Source: Eubacteriales bacterium (lineage in GTDB: Bacteria > Bacillota > Clostridia > Oscillospirales > QAKW01). From it: a stretch of 64,000 nt of DNA. Under the pieces are notes generated by a model that was not told where the DNA came from, ran no database searches, and was given only the letters and a program-made list of their open reading frames with translations. Shown here piece after piece: positions 34,622 to 49,061 of this stretch (position 1 is the stretch's first letter; each line of letters opens with the position of its first letter). Both the position numbers and the translations under genes were made by a program. The DNA lies in assembly GCA_045546895.1 (NCBI GenBank), contig JAZQDS010000040.1:9396-73395 (forward strand), written 5' to 3'.

Positions 34622-36142
34622 ATGGAATGTAATCAGAAACAGGCATCGGTCGCAGCAACCGGAACGCTGTATGAGAATTTTATTGAAGAAAAATGCGAGA
34701 GCGATATTTTGATTCCGGACTATTATCCGGCGGCAGAAAAAATTATTCAGTGTAATGCCATCGCAATTGTGAATCGCAAGGAAATCGCCGGCGAGCGATT
34801 GATGATTGAAGGCGTTTGTAAATTTTGCATCATCTATCAAGGGGAAGAGGGAGAAATCAAATCTCTTTCCGAAAATGTTCCGTTTTCGGAAAGCTTTTCG
34901 ATTAAGACGAATGAGGGGCTGCAGCGCGTTCAGATAATCAGCAGGGTCGGGGTTTGCGGATGTCGATTGCTGAATTCACGCAAAATCAATGCAGCAACGA
35001 CCGTTTCGATGGCAATTAAGGTGACCGAGCAAAAAGAAATGCCGATTATTGATTCGATTGCATGCGAAAAGGCGGAGAGCTTATTTCAATCGGTTATGGC
35101 ATATTCTGCCATTGAATATTTAGCGGATACCTGTAAAATTCAAGGGGAAATCGAGGCTCATACCGAAGTCCGCGATATTCTCAAAACAGATGGCAGAGTT
35201 TGCATCAAAGACAGCAAAATGATGGGCGGAAAGTTGGTTATTAAAGGGGTTTTGGATTTATTTATTTTATTTACACCCGAGCATGATCCAAATAGTGTTG
35301 AGTCGACTTCGACCGCAATCCCTTTTACACAAACAATGGATCGAAAAATTCCATCGGAAGATGGAATTGCAAATATGCATGCTTCTGTATTTAATCTGCG
35401 CACTGATGTGGAAACAGATAATGAAGGAAAAAACTGCATAATTTCCGCAACTGCAACAATTTTAAGCGAGGGCGAAATCTTTCAAAATAAAGAACAGCGC
35501 CTTTTGATCGATATATATTCCAATGATTATCCGCTGAGTTATAAACGGCAAACAATTAACCTTGAAAAAATGGTGGAACAATCGGTTATTACGGATCAGT
35601 TGACTTTTGAATTGCCGCAGGATGATGGTGAGGAATTAAATATTTTGCAGGCTTTGGCATATCCAATGATCCAAAGGATGGTGGGAAAAGGAAATACATT
35701 ATCGATCGAAGGAAATATGGGGCTTTCTGTTTTCTTCGGCTCCGATAATCTGTGGCGCGGTCACGACAAGTCTTTTTCCTTTACATTAAAGCATAATGTT
35801 TCTCATCTTGAGGGAAATATGAGATGCGAAGCTAAGCCCAATATTATGAGCGTTGATTGGGAAAGAAGCGGAGAAAAGACCGTAATTAAGGTGGAAATCG
35901 CTTGCAACATATTGATTTTTGAGCGTTGTAGCTATGAGGTTATTCAATCAATTGAAATCGATGAAGAGCATCCGCTTGAGTCACCGAAGCTCTCCTCGCT
36001 CATTGTTTATTTTGCCGATAAGGGGGAGCGGCTCTGGGATATTGCGCGCCATTTTGCAACAACGGTTGATTCGCTTCGTGAATTGAATCATATTGATACC
36101 GATATGGTGGAAGAAAAACAACTCATTTTAATTGGACGTTGA
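34622..36142 (+). CDS. DUF3794-repeat protein with C-terminal LysM domain (SipL/SpoVID-like spore-coat morphogenetic protein)
   Basis: 506 aa. It has repeated DUF3794-type segments (..ESDILIPDYYPAAEKIIQCNAIAIVNRKEIAGERLMIEGV..). The C-terminal LysM reads LIVYFADKGERLWDIARHFATTVDSLRELNHI..EEKQLILIG. It lies immediately downstream of spoVM. Confidence 0.65.
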   Translation: MECNQKQASVAATGTLYENFIEEKCESDILIPDYYPAAEKIIQCNAIAIVNRKEIAGERLMIEGVCKFCIIYQGEEGEIKSLSENVPFSESFSIKTNEGLQRVQIISRVGVCGCRLLNSRKINAATTVSMAIKVTEQKEMPIIDSIACEKAESLFQSVMAYSAIEYLADTCKIQGEIEAHTEVRDILKTDGRVCIKDSKMMGGKLVIKGVLDLFILFTPEHDPNSVESTSTAIPFTQTMDRKIPSEDGIANMHASVFNLRTDVETDNEGKNCIISATATILSEGEIFQNKEQRLLIDIYSNDYPLSYKRQTINLEKMVEQSVITDQLTFELPQDDGEELNILQALAYPMIQRMVGKGNTLSIEGNMGLSVFFGSDNLWRGHDKSFSFTLKHNVSHLEGNMRCEAKPNIMSVDWERSGEKTVIKVEIACNILIFERCSYEVIQSIEIDEEHPLESPKLSSLIVYFADKGERLWDIARHFATTVDSLRELNHIDTDMVEEKQLILIGR

Positions 36143-36164
36143 ATAAAGTATTTCAGTAAATTAT

Positions 36165-36200
36165 AAAGAGGTGTTTCTGAACAGAAACACCTCTTTAATT
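36165..36200 (+). terminator. Intrinsic terminator after the LysM protein gene
   Basis: AAAGAGGTGTTTCTG-aa-CAGAAACACCTCTTT, followed by a T/A-rich tail. Confidence 0.7.
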
Positions 36201-36217
36201 ATTTTATTATATTTTTG

Positions 36218-36246
36218 TTGCAAGTATTTAGATATAGTGATATAAT
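36218..36246 (+). promoter_or_regulatory. Sigma-A-like promoter upstream of recJ
   Basis: TTGCAA (36218-36223), 17-nt spacer, TATAAT (36241-36246). Confidence 0.6.
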
Positions 36247-36280
36247 ATATTATTATTTTAAGATGGAGGAGGTTTGCATA

Positions 36281-38332
36281 ATGCGTCAATGGAAAATCAA
36301 AAAGCAAGATGAGCATAGCGTTGCTGCATTATGCACGGCGTTGGGCTGCTCTTCCTTTTTTGCAAGACTGCTTTATAATAGGGGAATTTGCTCTGCTAAA
36401 GAGGCTGAAAGCTTTTTGGCTGCTGAGCCCTCGAGTTTGCTCGATCCCTATTTGTTTGCCGAGATGGGCAAGGTTGTTGAGAGGATTGTCGAGGCAATTC
36501 GCATGAACCAAAAAGTAACGGTTTATGGCGATTATGATGTTGATGGAATTACAGCAACGGCGCTTTTGGTAGAAGTATTGCGTGAGCTTGGGGGAGAGGC
36601 GGATTATTATATTCCAAGCCGTTTTTCCGAAGGATATGGCGTTAATGCGGAGGCATTGAAGTCTATTGCCGATAGCGGAACCAAGCTGGTAATTACCGTA
36701 GATACGGGGATTACCGCCGTTGAAGAAGTTGAATTTGCCAAAACCTTGGGGCTGGATATGATTATTACCGATCATCATGAATGTCATTCTGTTTTACCGG
36801 ATACTCTTGTTATCAATCCGAAGGCTCCCGAGAGTGGCTATCCTTATGCGGAGCTTGCGGGCGTAGGGGTGGTATATAAGCTTGCTTGCGCGCTGGATCA
36901 GGCTTATGGTAGCGGAGATGGAAAACTTCGTTATGCGCCGCTTGCTGCGGTGGGGACAGTTGCGGATATTATGCCTGTTAACGGTGAAAACCGCTTTATC
37001 GTCAAATCCGGCTTGAGTCGGCTAAAGAAAACCTCCAATATCGGCATGAGAAAATTGATTGAGCGTTGCCTTGGAGATCGACCGATGGATACTTCGGCAG
37101 TCGGCTTTGTTATTGCTCCGCGGATTAATGCGGCCGGGCGAATGGGGAATGCCACTTTGGGCGTTGATCTTTTAACTACCCGCGATCCTATGGTTGCTGA
37201 AGATTTGGTTGATGAACTCTGTCGCGAAAATAATCATCGGCAGGAAACAGAAAATAAAATTCTTTCCGAAGCAATCGAAATGCTGGAAAAGGATCCTAAG
37301 AGCAATAAACGCTCCGGCATTGTGCTTTGGAGTGAGAGATGGCACAACGGTGTAGTCGGTATCGTTGCATCTCGCTTAAAGGACCGCTATGGGAAGCCCT
37401 GCATCCTTTTTTCGGTTGCAGATCAATTTGCAAAAGGATCGGGAAGAAGTGTTCGCCCCTTCAATCTTTTCGAAGCCTTTGAGCAGCTATCGGATAAGGT
37501 TGTAAAGTTTGGTGGACATGCTTTTGCTGCAGGCACCTTGGTTGAAACCGCGCGGCTGGAAGAATTCCGCGATGCCTTTTGCGCAAAGATCGATACCTTT
37601 TTAGAGCAGGATAGTTTTGATAACAGCATTGAGATTGACTGTCAATTGGCCGGGGATGACCTTTCCTTGGAAAAGGTACAGGAGTTGGAGCGGCTTGCAC
37701 CCTTTGGCAGAGGCAATGAAACGCCTGTTTTTTGCATGAGAAATGTTCGCATTATCGAAGCGAGCCCTACTGCAAACGGAAATCATATGCGGCTTTCTTT
37801 AATGTGTGGCGAGCATCGGGTAACAGCGTTTTATTTTAATGTTGCTCCTGCTGCTTTTTGCTATTGCGCGGGTGAAACCGTTGATATCGTTTTTGAAGCG
37901 GATATTAATCAATTTAACGGTCGCCGCAACGTTCAGCTTTTGTTGAAAGATATGCGCTATAATTCCGCGCAAGGTGCGCAAATTCATAAGGATTTGCTGC
38001 GCCTGAAACGGATGCAACTCCGTTCATTGGATGTTCCTGAGCGAGATGATGCTGTGGTGGTTTATCGCTATCTGAAGCGGGCGCTCAAAAACGGAAGTCG
38101 TTCCTTTGATCTTCATACATTGCAGGAACGGATCTTTAAAAATTTCGAATGCAGAATTACGATTGGCAAGATTTATTTTTCTTTGGAAACAATGCGTGAT
38201 CTTGGTGTTTTGGAATATGATATAAATGATTTTATTCTTTCAAATTTAGTTATCAATTCCGAAAAGCGAGTCGATTTGAATGATTCGTTGTTCTTAAAGC
38301 AACTTATAAGAAAGGCAGGTGAGCGGTCGTAA
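36281..38332 (+). CDS. recJ: Single-stranded-DNA-specific exonuclease RecJ
   Basis: Start at MRQWKIKK, after GGAGGAGG. DHH-family motifs VYGDYDVDGIT, TVDTGI and ITDHHE, plus the DHHA1 motif GGHAFAAG. Confidence 0.93.
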   Translation: MRQWKIKKQDEHSVAALCTALGCSSFFARLLYNRGICSAKEAESFLAAEPSSLLDPYLFAEMGKVVERIVEAIRMNQKVTVYGDYDVDGITATALLVEVLRELGGEADYYIPSRFSEGYGVNAEALKSIADSGTKLVITVDTGITAVEEVEFAKTLGLDMIITDHHECHSVLPDTLVINPKAPESGYPYAELAGVGVVYKLACALDQAYGSGDGKLRYAPLAAVGTVADIMPVNGENRFIVKSGLSRLKKTSNIGMRKLIERCLGDRPMDTSAVGFVIAPRINAAGRMGNATLGVDLLTTRDPMVAEDLVDELCRENNHRQETENKILSEAIEMLEKDPKSNKRSGIVLWSERWHNGVVGIVASRLKDRYGKPCILFSVADQFAKGSGRSVRPFNLFEAFEQLSDKVVKFGGHAFAAGTLVETARLEEFRDAFCAKIDTFLEQDSFDNSIEIDCQLAGDDLSLEKVQELERLAPFGRGNETPVFCMRNVRIIEASPTANGNHMRLSLMCGEHRVTAFYFNVAPAAFCYCAGETVDIVFEADINQFNGRRNVQLLLKDMRYNSAQGAQIHKDLLRLKRMQLRSLDVPERDDAVVVYRYLKRALKNGSRSFDLHTLQERIFKNFECRITIGKIYFSLETMRDLGVLEYDINDFILSNLVINSEKRVDLNDSLFLKQLIRKAGERS

Positions 38333-40503
38333 TGTGTTTGGAAGAAAAGCTTTTTGGCGATCTCATTGCATTATTAGAGCAAGACGAGAAGAAATTTGAT
38401 CTTGAAAAGATTCGCCGCGCTTATCTGCTGGCAAAGGAACATCATAATGGGCAATTTCGCACCTCCGGAGAGGCTTATATTTGTCATCCCATCGAGGTTG
38501 CTAAATTGGTGTATGAATTCGGATTGGATACCGATTCAATCGCTGCAGCTTTTTTGCATGATACCATTGAGGATACCGATCTGAACTTTGAGGATATTAA
38601 GAAGGGCTTTGGCGAAGAATGCGCGGCGTTGGTAGATGGTGTAACAAAGCTGGGTCAGATTGTTTATACCTCGAAGGAAGAAGCACAAATTGAGTATCTT
38701 AGGAAGATGTTTTTGGCGATGGCCAAGGACATTCGTGTTATTTTGATTAAGCTGGCGGATCGTCTTCATAATGTTAGGACCCTCGGCGCTCGTCCGCGTG
38801 AAAAACAACTAAAAACTGCTTGGGAAACCCTTGAGATTTATGCACCGCTTGCGCATCGGCTCGGTATGCAAAAGGTAAAACAGGAAATGGAAGATATCTC
38901 GGTTTCCTATCTGGATCCTGATGGATGCCGTATGATCGAGGAAAAACTCGAAAATTTTGCCGAAAATGGGCATGATTTCATTGAGAACACCAAAAAGAAT
39001 ATCTGCGAAAAATTAAGCGGATATGATATTCCCTTTGAATTAACCTATCGCGTTAAGCATACTTACAGCATTTACCGTAAGCTTTTTACCCAGCAAAAGG
39101 ATTTTGAAGAGCTTTATGATATCTATGCTTTCCGCCTAATTGTCAATACTGTAAACGAATGCTATTATCTGCTTGGCGTGATTCATGATCTTTATAATCC
39201 TATTCCGGGACGCTTTAAGGATTATATTTCCACTCCGAAGCCAAATATGTATCAATCCCTGCATACAACGGTTATTGGGAAAGAGGGCATTCCTTTTGAA
39301 GTGCAGATCCGCACTTGGGATATGCATAATACTGCGGAATATGGTATTGCTGCCCATTGGAAATATAAAAACAAAATTCAGGAAAACAAGGCGGCGCTGG
39401 ATGATAAGCTGAAATGGGTGCGCACTCTTCTTGAAACGCAAGAAGAAGTGGCAGACACCGAAGATTTTATCAAGGCTTTGAAGATTGATCTTTTTGATGA
39501 TGAAATCTTCGTTTTCACCCCGCGCGGAGATGTTGTTAATCTTCCTGCCGGCTCAACTGTTATTGATTTTGCTTATGCGATCCATAGCGCGGTTGGCAAT
39601 AAAATGGTAGGTGCCAAGGTAAACGGTAAGATTGTAGGCTTGGAATATACCCCTCGCAATGGTGAAATCATTGAAATTCTTACAACTGCCTCGCCAAACC
39701 ACGGTCCTTCCAGAGATTGGCTCAAGATTGTTAAAACCAGTGAGGCAAAGAATAAAATCCGGCGCTGGATCAAATATGAGCGCCGTGACGAAAATATTGA
39801 AACCGGTATGGATGAGCTTGAGAAGGCGCTGCGTCGTAGCGGAATTCGCTTAACCAAGGATAACCGTGAAACAATATTGAAAACTGTTGCAGATCAGCTT
39901 CATGTAAACAGCGTTGAGGATCTTTATGCATCAATTGGCTATGGCGGAATTCCTGTTAGCAAGGTAGAGCGCAGGGTGCGTGATTATTGCGAGCAGATTG
40001 AAAAAGAAAACCGCCCGATTAAAATCGTCCCCGTCAGTAAACCGCGTGCAAGCGCAGGAGGTGTTATTGTTGAGGGCATTGATAATTGCTTGATTAAATT
40101 TGCCAAGTGTTGCAATCCGCTGCCCGGTGATTATATTTGCGGTTTTATTACAAGAGGATATGGTGTTTCTATCCATAAAACCGATTGCGTTAATGCTAAA
40201 AGCGGGATGGAGGAAGATCCGGAGCGTTGGCTGAAAGCCTCCTGGGATAATTCTCAGACCAATAGCTTTACTACCACCTTGATTTTGAGGGTAAAGGATT
40301 CGATTGGTGTTATGGCAGAGATTACAAGGATTCTTGCTGAATTGAAGGTAAATATTCGTAGCATTGCATCGCGTGAGGAAGAATCCGGTATTTCCAGCGT
40401 GATTTTAGGAATTGAGGTAAAGAGTCTTGATCATTTGAATTTTATCTCTTCCCGCATTCGTAAGGATTCGGCGGTAATCGACATTCAAAGAGCCAATCAA
40501 TAG
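38332..40503 (+). CDS. relA: Bifunctional (p)ppGpp synthetase/hydrolase (RelA/SpoT homologue)
   Basis: 723 aa with an HD hydrolase domain (HPIEVA..FLHDTIEDT), synthetase domain (YRSLHTTV-like QSLHTTVIG), and TGS and ACT regions. TAATG overlap with recJ. Confidence 0.95.
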   Translation: MCLEEKLFGDLIALLEQDEKKFDLEKIRRAYLLAKEHHNGQFRTSGEAYICHPIEVAKLVYEFGLDTDSIAAAFLHDTIEDTDLNFEDIKKGFGEECAALVDGVTKLGQIVYTSKEEAQIEYLRKMFLAMAKDIRVILIKLADRLHNVRTLGARPREKQLKTAWETLEIYAPLAHRLGMQKVKQEMEDISVSYLDPDGCRMIEEKLENFAENGHDFIENTKKNICEKLSGYDIPFELTYRVKHTYSIYRKLFTQQKDFEELYDIYAFRLIVNTVNECYYLLGVIHDLYNPIPGRFKDYISTPKPNMYQSLHTTVIGKEGIPFEVQIRTWDMHNTAEYGIAAHWKYKNKIQENKAALDDKLKWVRTLLETQEEVADTEDFIKALKIDLFDDEIFVFTPRGDVVNLPAGSTVIDFAYAIHSAVGNKMVGAKVNGKIVGLEYTPRNGEIIEILTTASPNHGPSRDWLKIVKTSEAKNKIRRWIKYERRDENIETGMDELEKALRRSGIRLTKDNRETILKTVADQLHVNSVEDLYASIGYGGIPVSKVERRVRDYCEQIEKENRPIKIVPVSKPRASAGGVIVEGIDNCLIKFAKCCNPLPGDYICGFITRGYGVSIHKTDCVNAKSGMEEDPERWLKASWDNSQTNSFTTTLILRVKDSIGVMAEITRILAELKVNIRSIASREEESGISSVILGIEVKSLDHLNFISSRIRKDSAVIDIQRANQ

Positions 40504-40516
40504 GAGGATTTTATAA

Positions 40517-40963
40517 ATGAGAACAATCAGCAGCGTTGTTGCCCATGCAACTTTACGGGTAGACGGCGAGATTATTTCCGAAATCGGAAGAGGAATGCTC
40601 GTTTTTTGCGGCTTTTCGGAAAATGATACCGAGGAAAATATCGAAAAGGCGCTTAAAAAGGTGGCGGGGCTTCGCGTTATGGATGATCCTGAGGGTAAGC
40701 TCAATTGCTCCTTGGCTGATGTTAATGGTGAAATGCTTTTCGTTTCGAATTTTACGTTATACGGAAATGTTCATAAGGGTTTTCGCCCCTCCTTTGATAC
40801 GAGCATGAAATATGAGCCTGCTCAAAAGTTATATGAATATGCATTGAACCGTCTGAAAGAGATGGGGGTTCGTGTTAAGGGCGGCGTTTTTGGCGGCGAT
40901 ATGAAAATTGATGCGCTGCATGACGGCCCAATCAATATTATCATTGATAGCGAGGCTTTATGA
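40517..40963 (+). CDS. dtd: D-aminoacyl-tRNA deacylase
   Basis: 148 aa. The ..LFVSNFTLYGN..KG.RPSF.. and C-terminal DGPINIIIDS pattern is typical of Dtd. The relA-dtd adjacency is conserved. Confidence 0.92.
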   Translation: MRTISSVVAHATLRVDGEIISEIGRGMLVFCGFSENDTEENIEKALKKVAGLRVMDDPEGKLNCSLADVNGEMLFVSNFTLYGNVHKGFRPSFDTSMKYEPAQKLYEYALNRLKEMGVRVKGGVFGGDMKIDALHDGPINIIIDSEAL

Positions 40964-41589
40964 TGAAAATTCGTTGTTTGACCTTTGGCGTATTGGGTTG
41001 TAATAATTATATTGTTGCTCGCGAGGGCGCTAAGGAGGGCGTTTTGATCGATTGCAGCGGTCGCGGAAACGGAATTTTGCAGGCGATCAGGGAAGAGGGA
41101 ATCGAAATCAAAGCGATTTTATTGACCCATGGCCATATTGATCATATTGAGGCGGTAGATCGGGTTGCAAAGGAATTCAATTGTCCTGTATATTTGCATC
41201 GGTTGGATCGCGATTTCTTTCATCGTTCGGACTATAATTGGTCGGAACGTCTATATATGGAGGCTTTGACGGTAGATACTGAGCCTTGCCTTCTGGAGGG
41301 CAATGAAATTCTTGAAATTGCGGGGATTTCTATTGAGGTATTGCATACTCCCGGCCATACCAACGGATCTGTTTGCTATTTGACCGATGATGCTGTTTTT
41401 ACGGGAGATACTTTGTTCTATGAATCGATCGGAGCGGATCTTCCTCCCTTTGGGAATACTAAAACAGAGATCCAATCAGTTCAAGAGGTTTTATTTGCGC
41501 TTAATGATCAGCTTCGATGCTATCCCGGACATAGCGTATTAACGTCGATCGGCCATGAGCGTAAAAATAATTTGTATTGTAAGTTGTAA
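40960..41589 (+). CDS. MBL-fold metallo-hydrolase
   Basis: LLTHGHIDHI (HxHxDH) and HTPGHTNGS motifs. ATGA-type overlap with dtd. Confidence 0.8.
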   Translation: MMKIRCLTFGVLGCNNYIVAREGAKEGVLIDCSGRGNGILQAIREEGIEIKAILLTHGHIDHIEAVDRVAKEFNCPVYLHRLDRDFFHRSDYNWSERLYMEALTVDTEPCLLEGNEILEIAGISIEVLHTPGHTNGSVCYLTDDAVFTGDTLFYESIGADLPPFGNTKTEIQSVQEVLFALNDQLRCYPGHSVLTSIGHERKNNLYCKL

Positions 41590-41595
41590 AGTTTT

Positions 41596-46468
<4,873 letters not shown>

Positions 46469-46526
46469 TGAAAAAGGCAAGGGGGAAAGCTTGATTTTCC
46501 CCTTGCCAAAAAAATGAAAAAAATCC

Positions 46527-46555
46527 TTGACTATGAAGAAATGGTATGGTATAAT
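46527..46555 (+). promoter_or_regulatory. Sigma-A-like promoter for rpmG-secE-nusG
   Basis: TTGACT (46527-46532), 17-nt spacer, TATAAT (46550-46555). Confidence 0.7.
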
Positions 46556-46648
46556 CTTTTATACCTGCCGTAGGGCTTATTTTTTTGTGCAAAAAAATAT
46601 CCACCTATAATTTAAGCAGGGAGGCCAAAATAACAGGAGGTGCCGCAA

Positions 46649-46798
46649 ATGAGAGTCAAGATTACGCTGGCTTGCACTGAGTGCAAACAAAGAAATTATG
46701 ACACAATGAAGAACAAGAAAAATGACCCCGACAGACTTGAAATGAACAAGTACTGCAAGTTCTGCAAAAAGCATACCTTGCATAGAGAAACCAAGTAA
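46649..46798 (+). CDS. rpmG: 50S ribosomal protein L33 (49 aa; below the ORF-track cutoff)
   Basis: AGGAGG RBS, then [49 protein letters not shown]. Both CxxC pairs are present (zinc-ribbon form). It is in the canonical position before secE-nusG. Confidence 0.92.
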   Translation: MRVKITLACTECKQRNYDTMKNKKNDPDRLEMNKYCKFCKKHTLHRETK

Positions 46799-46830
46799 GT
46801 TTCCTAATTCAAAAAGAGGAGGACAAGATT

Positions 46831-47070
46831 ATGGCAGAAAGCGCTAAAAAGAAAAAGTCCATCTTATCCAGAATAGGCGGTTGGTTTCGCGAGGTTCGCA
46901 TTGAAATGACAAAGAGAATTATTTGGCCTTCTTTTAAGCAAGTGCTGAATAATACCATCGTTGTTATTGTATGCGTTGTTGTTGTCGGAGCTTTTATCTG
47001 GCTGTTCGACTGGCTTTTCTTTACAGGAATCCAAGGCTTAACCAATTGGTTGGGCGGTTTGTTAGGCTAA
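46831..47070 (+). CDS. secE: Preprotein translocase subunit SecE
   Basis: 79 aa. Basic N-terminus, then ..FREVRIEMTKRIIWPSFKQVLNNTIVVIV.. and a single TM. Confidence 0.88.
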   Translation: MAESAKKKKSILSRIGGWFREVRIEMTKRIIWPSFKQVLNNTIVVIVCVVVVGAFIWLFDWLFFTGIQGLTNWLGGLLG

Positions 47071-47091
47071 TTTTAGGAAGGAAAATGTTTT

Positions 47092-47613
47092 ATGGCTGAT
47101 AAGGCGAAATGGTATGCAATCCATACTTATTCTGCATATGAAAATAAGGTTGCAACCAACCTGCGCAGAATTATTGAAAATCGCAAGCTGGAAGAGGTCA
47201 TTCAAGACATTTCTGTTCCAACTGAAACCGTTGTTGAAACGACCGAAAAAGGTCAAAAGGAATACGAACGCAAAGTTTTCCCCGGATATGTATTGGTAAA
47301 GATGGTTATGACCGATGAAACATGGTATATCGTTCGCAATATTCAGGGCGTTACCGGTTTTGTTGGCTCAACATCTGAGCCTCTTCCGCTTACTCAGGCT
47401 GAGATTGAAAAGCTCGGCGTTGAAAAGCGCGTGGTTCATACCGATTATAAGAAGGGCGATTCCGTTCGATTTGTGTCTTCCAACATGAGCGGTTTTGTTG
47501 GTGTGGTAGAAGAGGTATATCCTGAATCTGCCAAGCTGAAAGTGGTTGTATCCATGTTCGGTCGCGAAACTTCCGTTGAAGTTGCTTTCGATCAGGTTGC
47601 ACCCGTAGAATAA
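47092..47613 (+). CDS. nusG: Transcription termination/antitermination factor NusG
   Basis: KWYAIHTYSAYENKV.., FPGYVLVKM, and a C-terminal KOW (GDSVRFVSSNMSGFVGVVEEV). Confidence 0.95.
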   Translation: MADKAKWYAIHTYSAYENKVATNLRRIIENRKLEEVIQDISVPTETVVETTEKGQKEYERKVFPGYVLVKMVMTDETWYIVRNIQGVTGFVGSTSEPLPLTQAEIEKLGVEKRVVHTDYKKGDSVRFVSSNMSGFVGVVEEVYPESAKLKVVVSMFGRETSVEVAFDQVAPVE

Positions 47614-47716
47614 GGCTAAATCGTACATTATATGTGCGTTTTCGCGAGTGGGAGGAGAGTACTTTTAATCTTTCCGCTATATTACCACATTGAAACACGA
47701 GGGAGGTGTTTGTAAA

Positions 47717-48142
47717 ATGGCTCAAAAAGTAACAGGGTTCATTAAACTTCAGATTCCGGCAGGAAAGGCAACTCCGGCGCCCCCGGTTGGTCCTGCATTG
47801 GGTCAGCATGGCGTTAACATCATGGCGTTTGCTAAGGAATTCAACGAGAGAACAAAGAACGATATCGGGTATATCATCCCGGTTGTTATTACGGTTTATG
47901 CCGATCATTCTTTCACTTTTGTTACCAAGACTCCGCCGGCAGCAGTCCTGATCAAAAAGGCAGCTGGCATTGAGAGCGGTTCCGGTGTTCCGAACAAGAC
48001 CAAGGTTGCTTCTCTTACCAAGGAGCAGGTCAAGAAGATCGCCGAGCAGAAGATGCCCGATCTGAATGCAGTTGATATTGAAGCTGCTATGAGCATGATC
48101 GCAGGTACTGCGAGAAGTATGGGTATTACCGTAGAAGAGTAA
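47717..48142 (+). CDS. rplK: 50S ribosomal protein L11
   Basis: Start at [34 protein letters not shown], after GAGGGAGG. The ORF-track start at 47690 is an upstream extension. Confidence 0.97.
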   Translation: MAQKVTGFIKLQIPAGKATPAPPVGPALGQHGVNIMAFAKEFNERTKNDIGYIIPVVITVYADHSFTFVTKTPPAAVLIKKAAGIESGSGVPNKTKVASLTKEQVKKIAEQKMPDLNAVDIEAAMSMIAGTARSMGITVEE

Positions 48143-48197
48143 ACCCGAAAATCTGTGGGAGGAAAATTCCGTAATACCACAAAGGAGGATTAATTAG

Positions 48198-48890
48198 GTG
48201 AAAAGAGGAAAGTCTTATATTGAAAGCGCCAAGCTGATCGACTCTGCAAAGCTGTATGATGTTGAAGAGGCTATGGAGGCTGTTACCAAGGCTGCGCGTG
48301 CAAAGTTTGATGAAACTGTTGAAATCCACGTTAAGCTTGGTGTTGATTCCCGTCATGCGGATCAGCAGGTTCGTGGTGCAGTTGTTCTGCCCCATGGTAC
48401 CGGTAAAACTACTCGCGTTTTGGTATTCGCCAAGAACGCTAAGGCAGATGAGGCTCAGGCAGCCGGTGCAGATTTTGTTGGCGGCGAAGAGCTGATTCCC
48501 AAGATTCAGAATGAAAACTGGTTTGAATATGATGTTGTTGTTGCCACCCCTGATATGATGGGTGTTGTTGGCCGCTTGGGTCGTGTTCTTGGTCCTAAGG
48601 GTTTGATGCCGAACCCCAAGGCCGGCACCGTTACCATGGATGTTGCTAAGGCAATCGCTGAAATCAAAGCCGGTAAGATCGAGTATCGTTTGGATAAGAC
48701 CAATATTATCCATTGCCCCATTGGTAAAGTTTCCTTTGGTCAGGAAAAGCTGACAGAGAACTTCAACACCCTTATGGGCGCGATTCTCAAGGCCAGACCT
48801 GCCGCTGCTAAGGGTCAGTATGTAAGAAGCTGCACTGTTGCTTCTACCATGGGCCCCGGTGTTAAGGTAAATCAGGCTAAATTTATGTAA
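48198..48890 (+). CDS. rplA: 50S ribosomal protein L1
   Basis: GTG start after [29 protein letters not shown] and [10 protein letters not shown] motifs. Confidence 0.97.
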   Translation: MKRGKSYIESAKLIDSAKLYDVEEAMEAVTKAARAKFDETVEIHVKLGVDSRHADQQVRGAVVLPHGTGKTTRVLVFAKNAKADEAQAAGADFVGGEELIPKIQNENWFEYDVVVATPDMMGVVGRLGRVLGPKGLMPNPKAGTVTMDVAKAIAEIKAGKIEYRLDKTNIIHCPIGKVSFGQEKLTENFNTLMGAILKARPAAAKGQYVRSCTVASTMGPGVKVNQAKFM

Positions 48891-48895
48891 AATGC

Positions 48896-48924
48896 TTGAC
48901 AATTCATATCCAATGTGATATGAT
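48896..48924 (+). promoter_or_regulatory. Sigma-A-like promoter for rplJ-rplL
   Basis: TTGACA (48896-48901), 17-nt spacer, TATGAT (48919-48924). Confidence 0.7.
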
Positions 48925-48929
48925 TATCA

Positions 48930-49061
48930 GGTCAAAAAAATATGCTTCGCAGACAGCTGGTGCCGCAAGGCTCAATATCCCGCCGAGGAGTGCTACCGTT
49001 TTCAAATAGGTAATTATGCTCCCAAGCGTGTTCTGCGTGTTTGGGAGCATTTTTTTAAATT
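48930..49061 (+). promoter_or_regulatory. Probable ribosomal protein L10 leader (autoregulatory 5' UTR with attenuator hairpin)
   Basis: About 130-nt structured UTR between the promoter and the rplJ RBS. It ends in ATGCTCCCAA-gcgtgttctgcgtgt-TTGGGAGCAT+T7 (49020-49061). Its position and architecture match the Firmicute L10 leader. Confidence 0.6.

Noticed and set aside
46476-46506. GC-rich hairpin after gatB (GGCAAGGGGGAAA...TTTCCCCTTGCC)
   Set aside because: It looks like a terminator stem but is followed by an A-run rather than a T-run on the + strand, and no gene converges from the minus strand. It may still stabilise or terminate the transcript, but it is not a canonical intrinsic terminator, so I did not list it.
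46590-46600. DnaA-box-like ATATCCACC in the rpmG 5' UTR
   Set aside because: It is a single copy with two mismatches to TTATCCACA. There is no cluster of boxes and no AT-rich unwinding element context.
48143-48197. Possible ribosomal protein L1 autoregulatory site between rplK and rplA (CTGTGGGAGG...CCACAAAGG)
   Set aside because: A short helix (TGTGG/CCACA) flanks a GGGAG element, which is reminiscent of L1 binding sites. The stem is only 5 bp and I cannot verify the motif without an alignment or model, so it is not reported as a feature.
48126-48902. 258-aa ORF on the minus strand
   Set aside because: It is antisense to rplA, so it is a shadow ORF of a highly expressed ribosomal gene.
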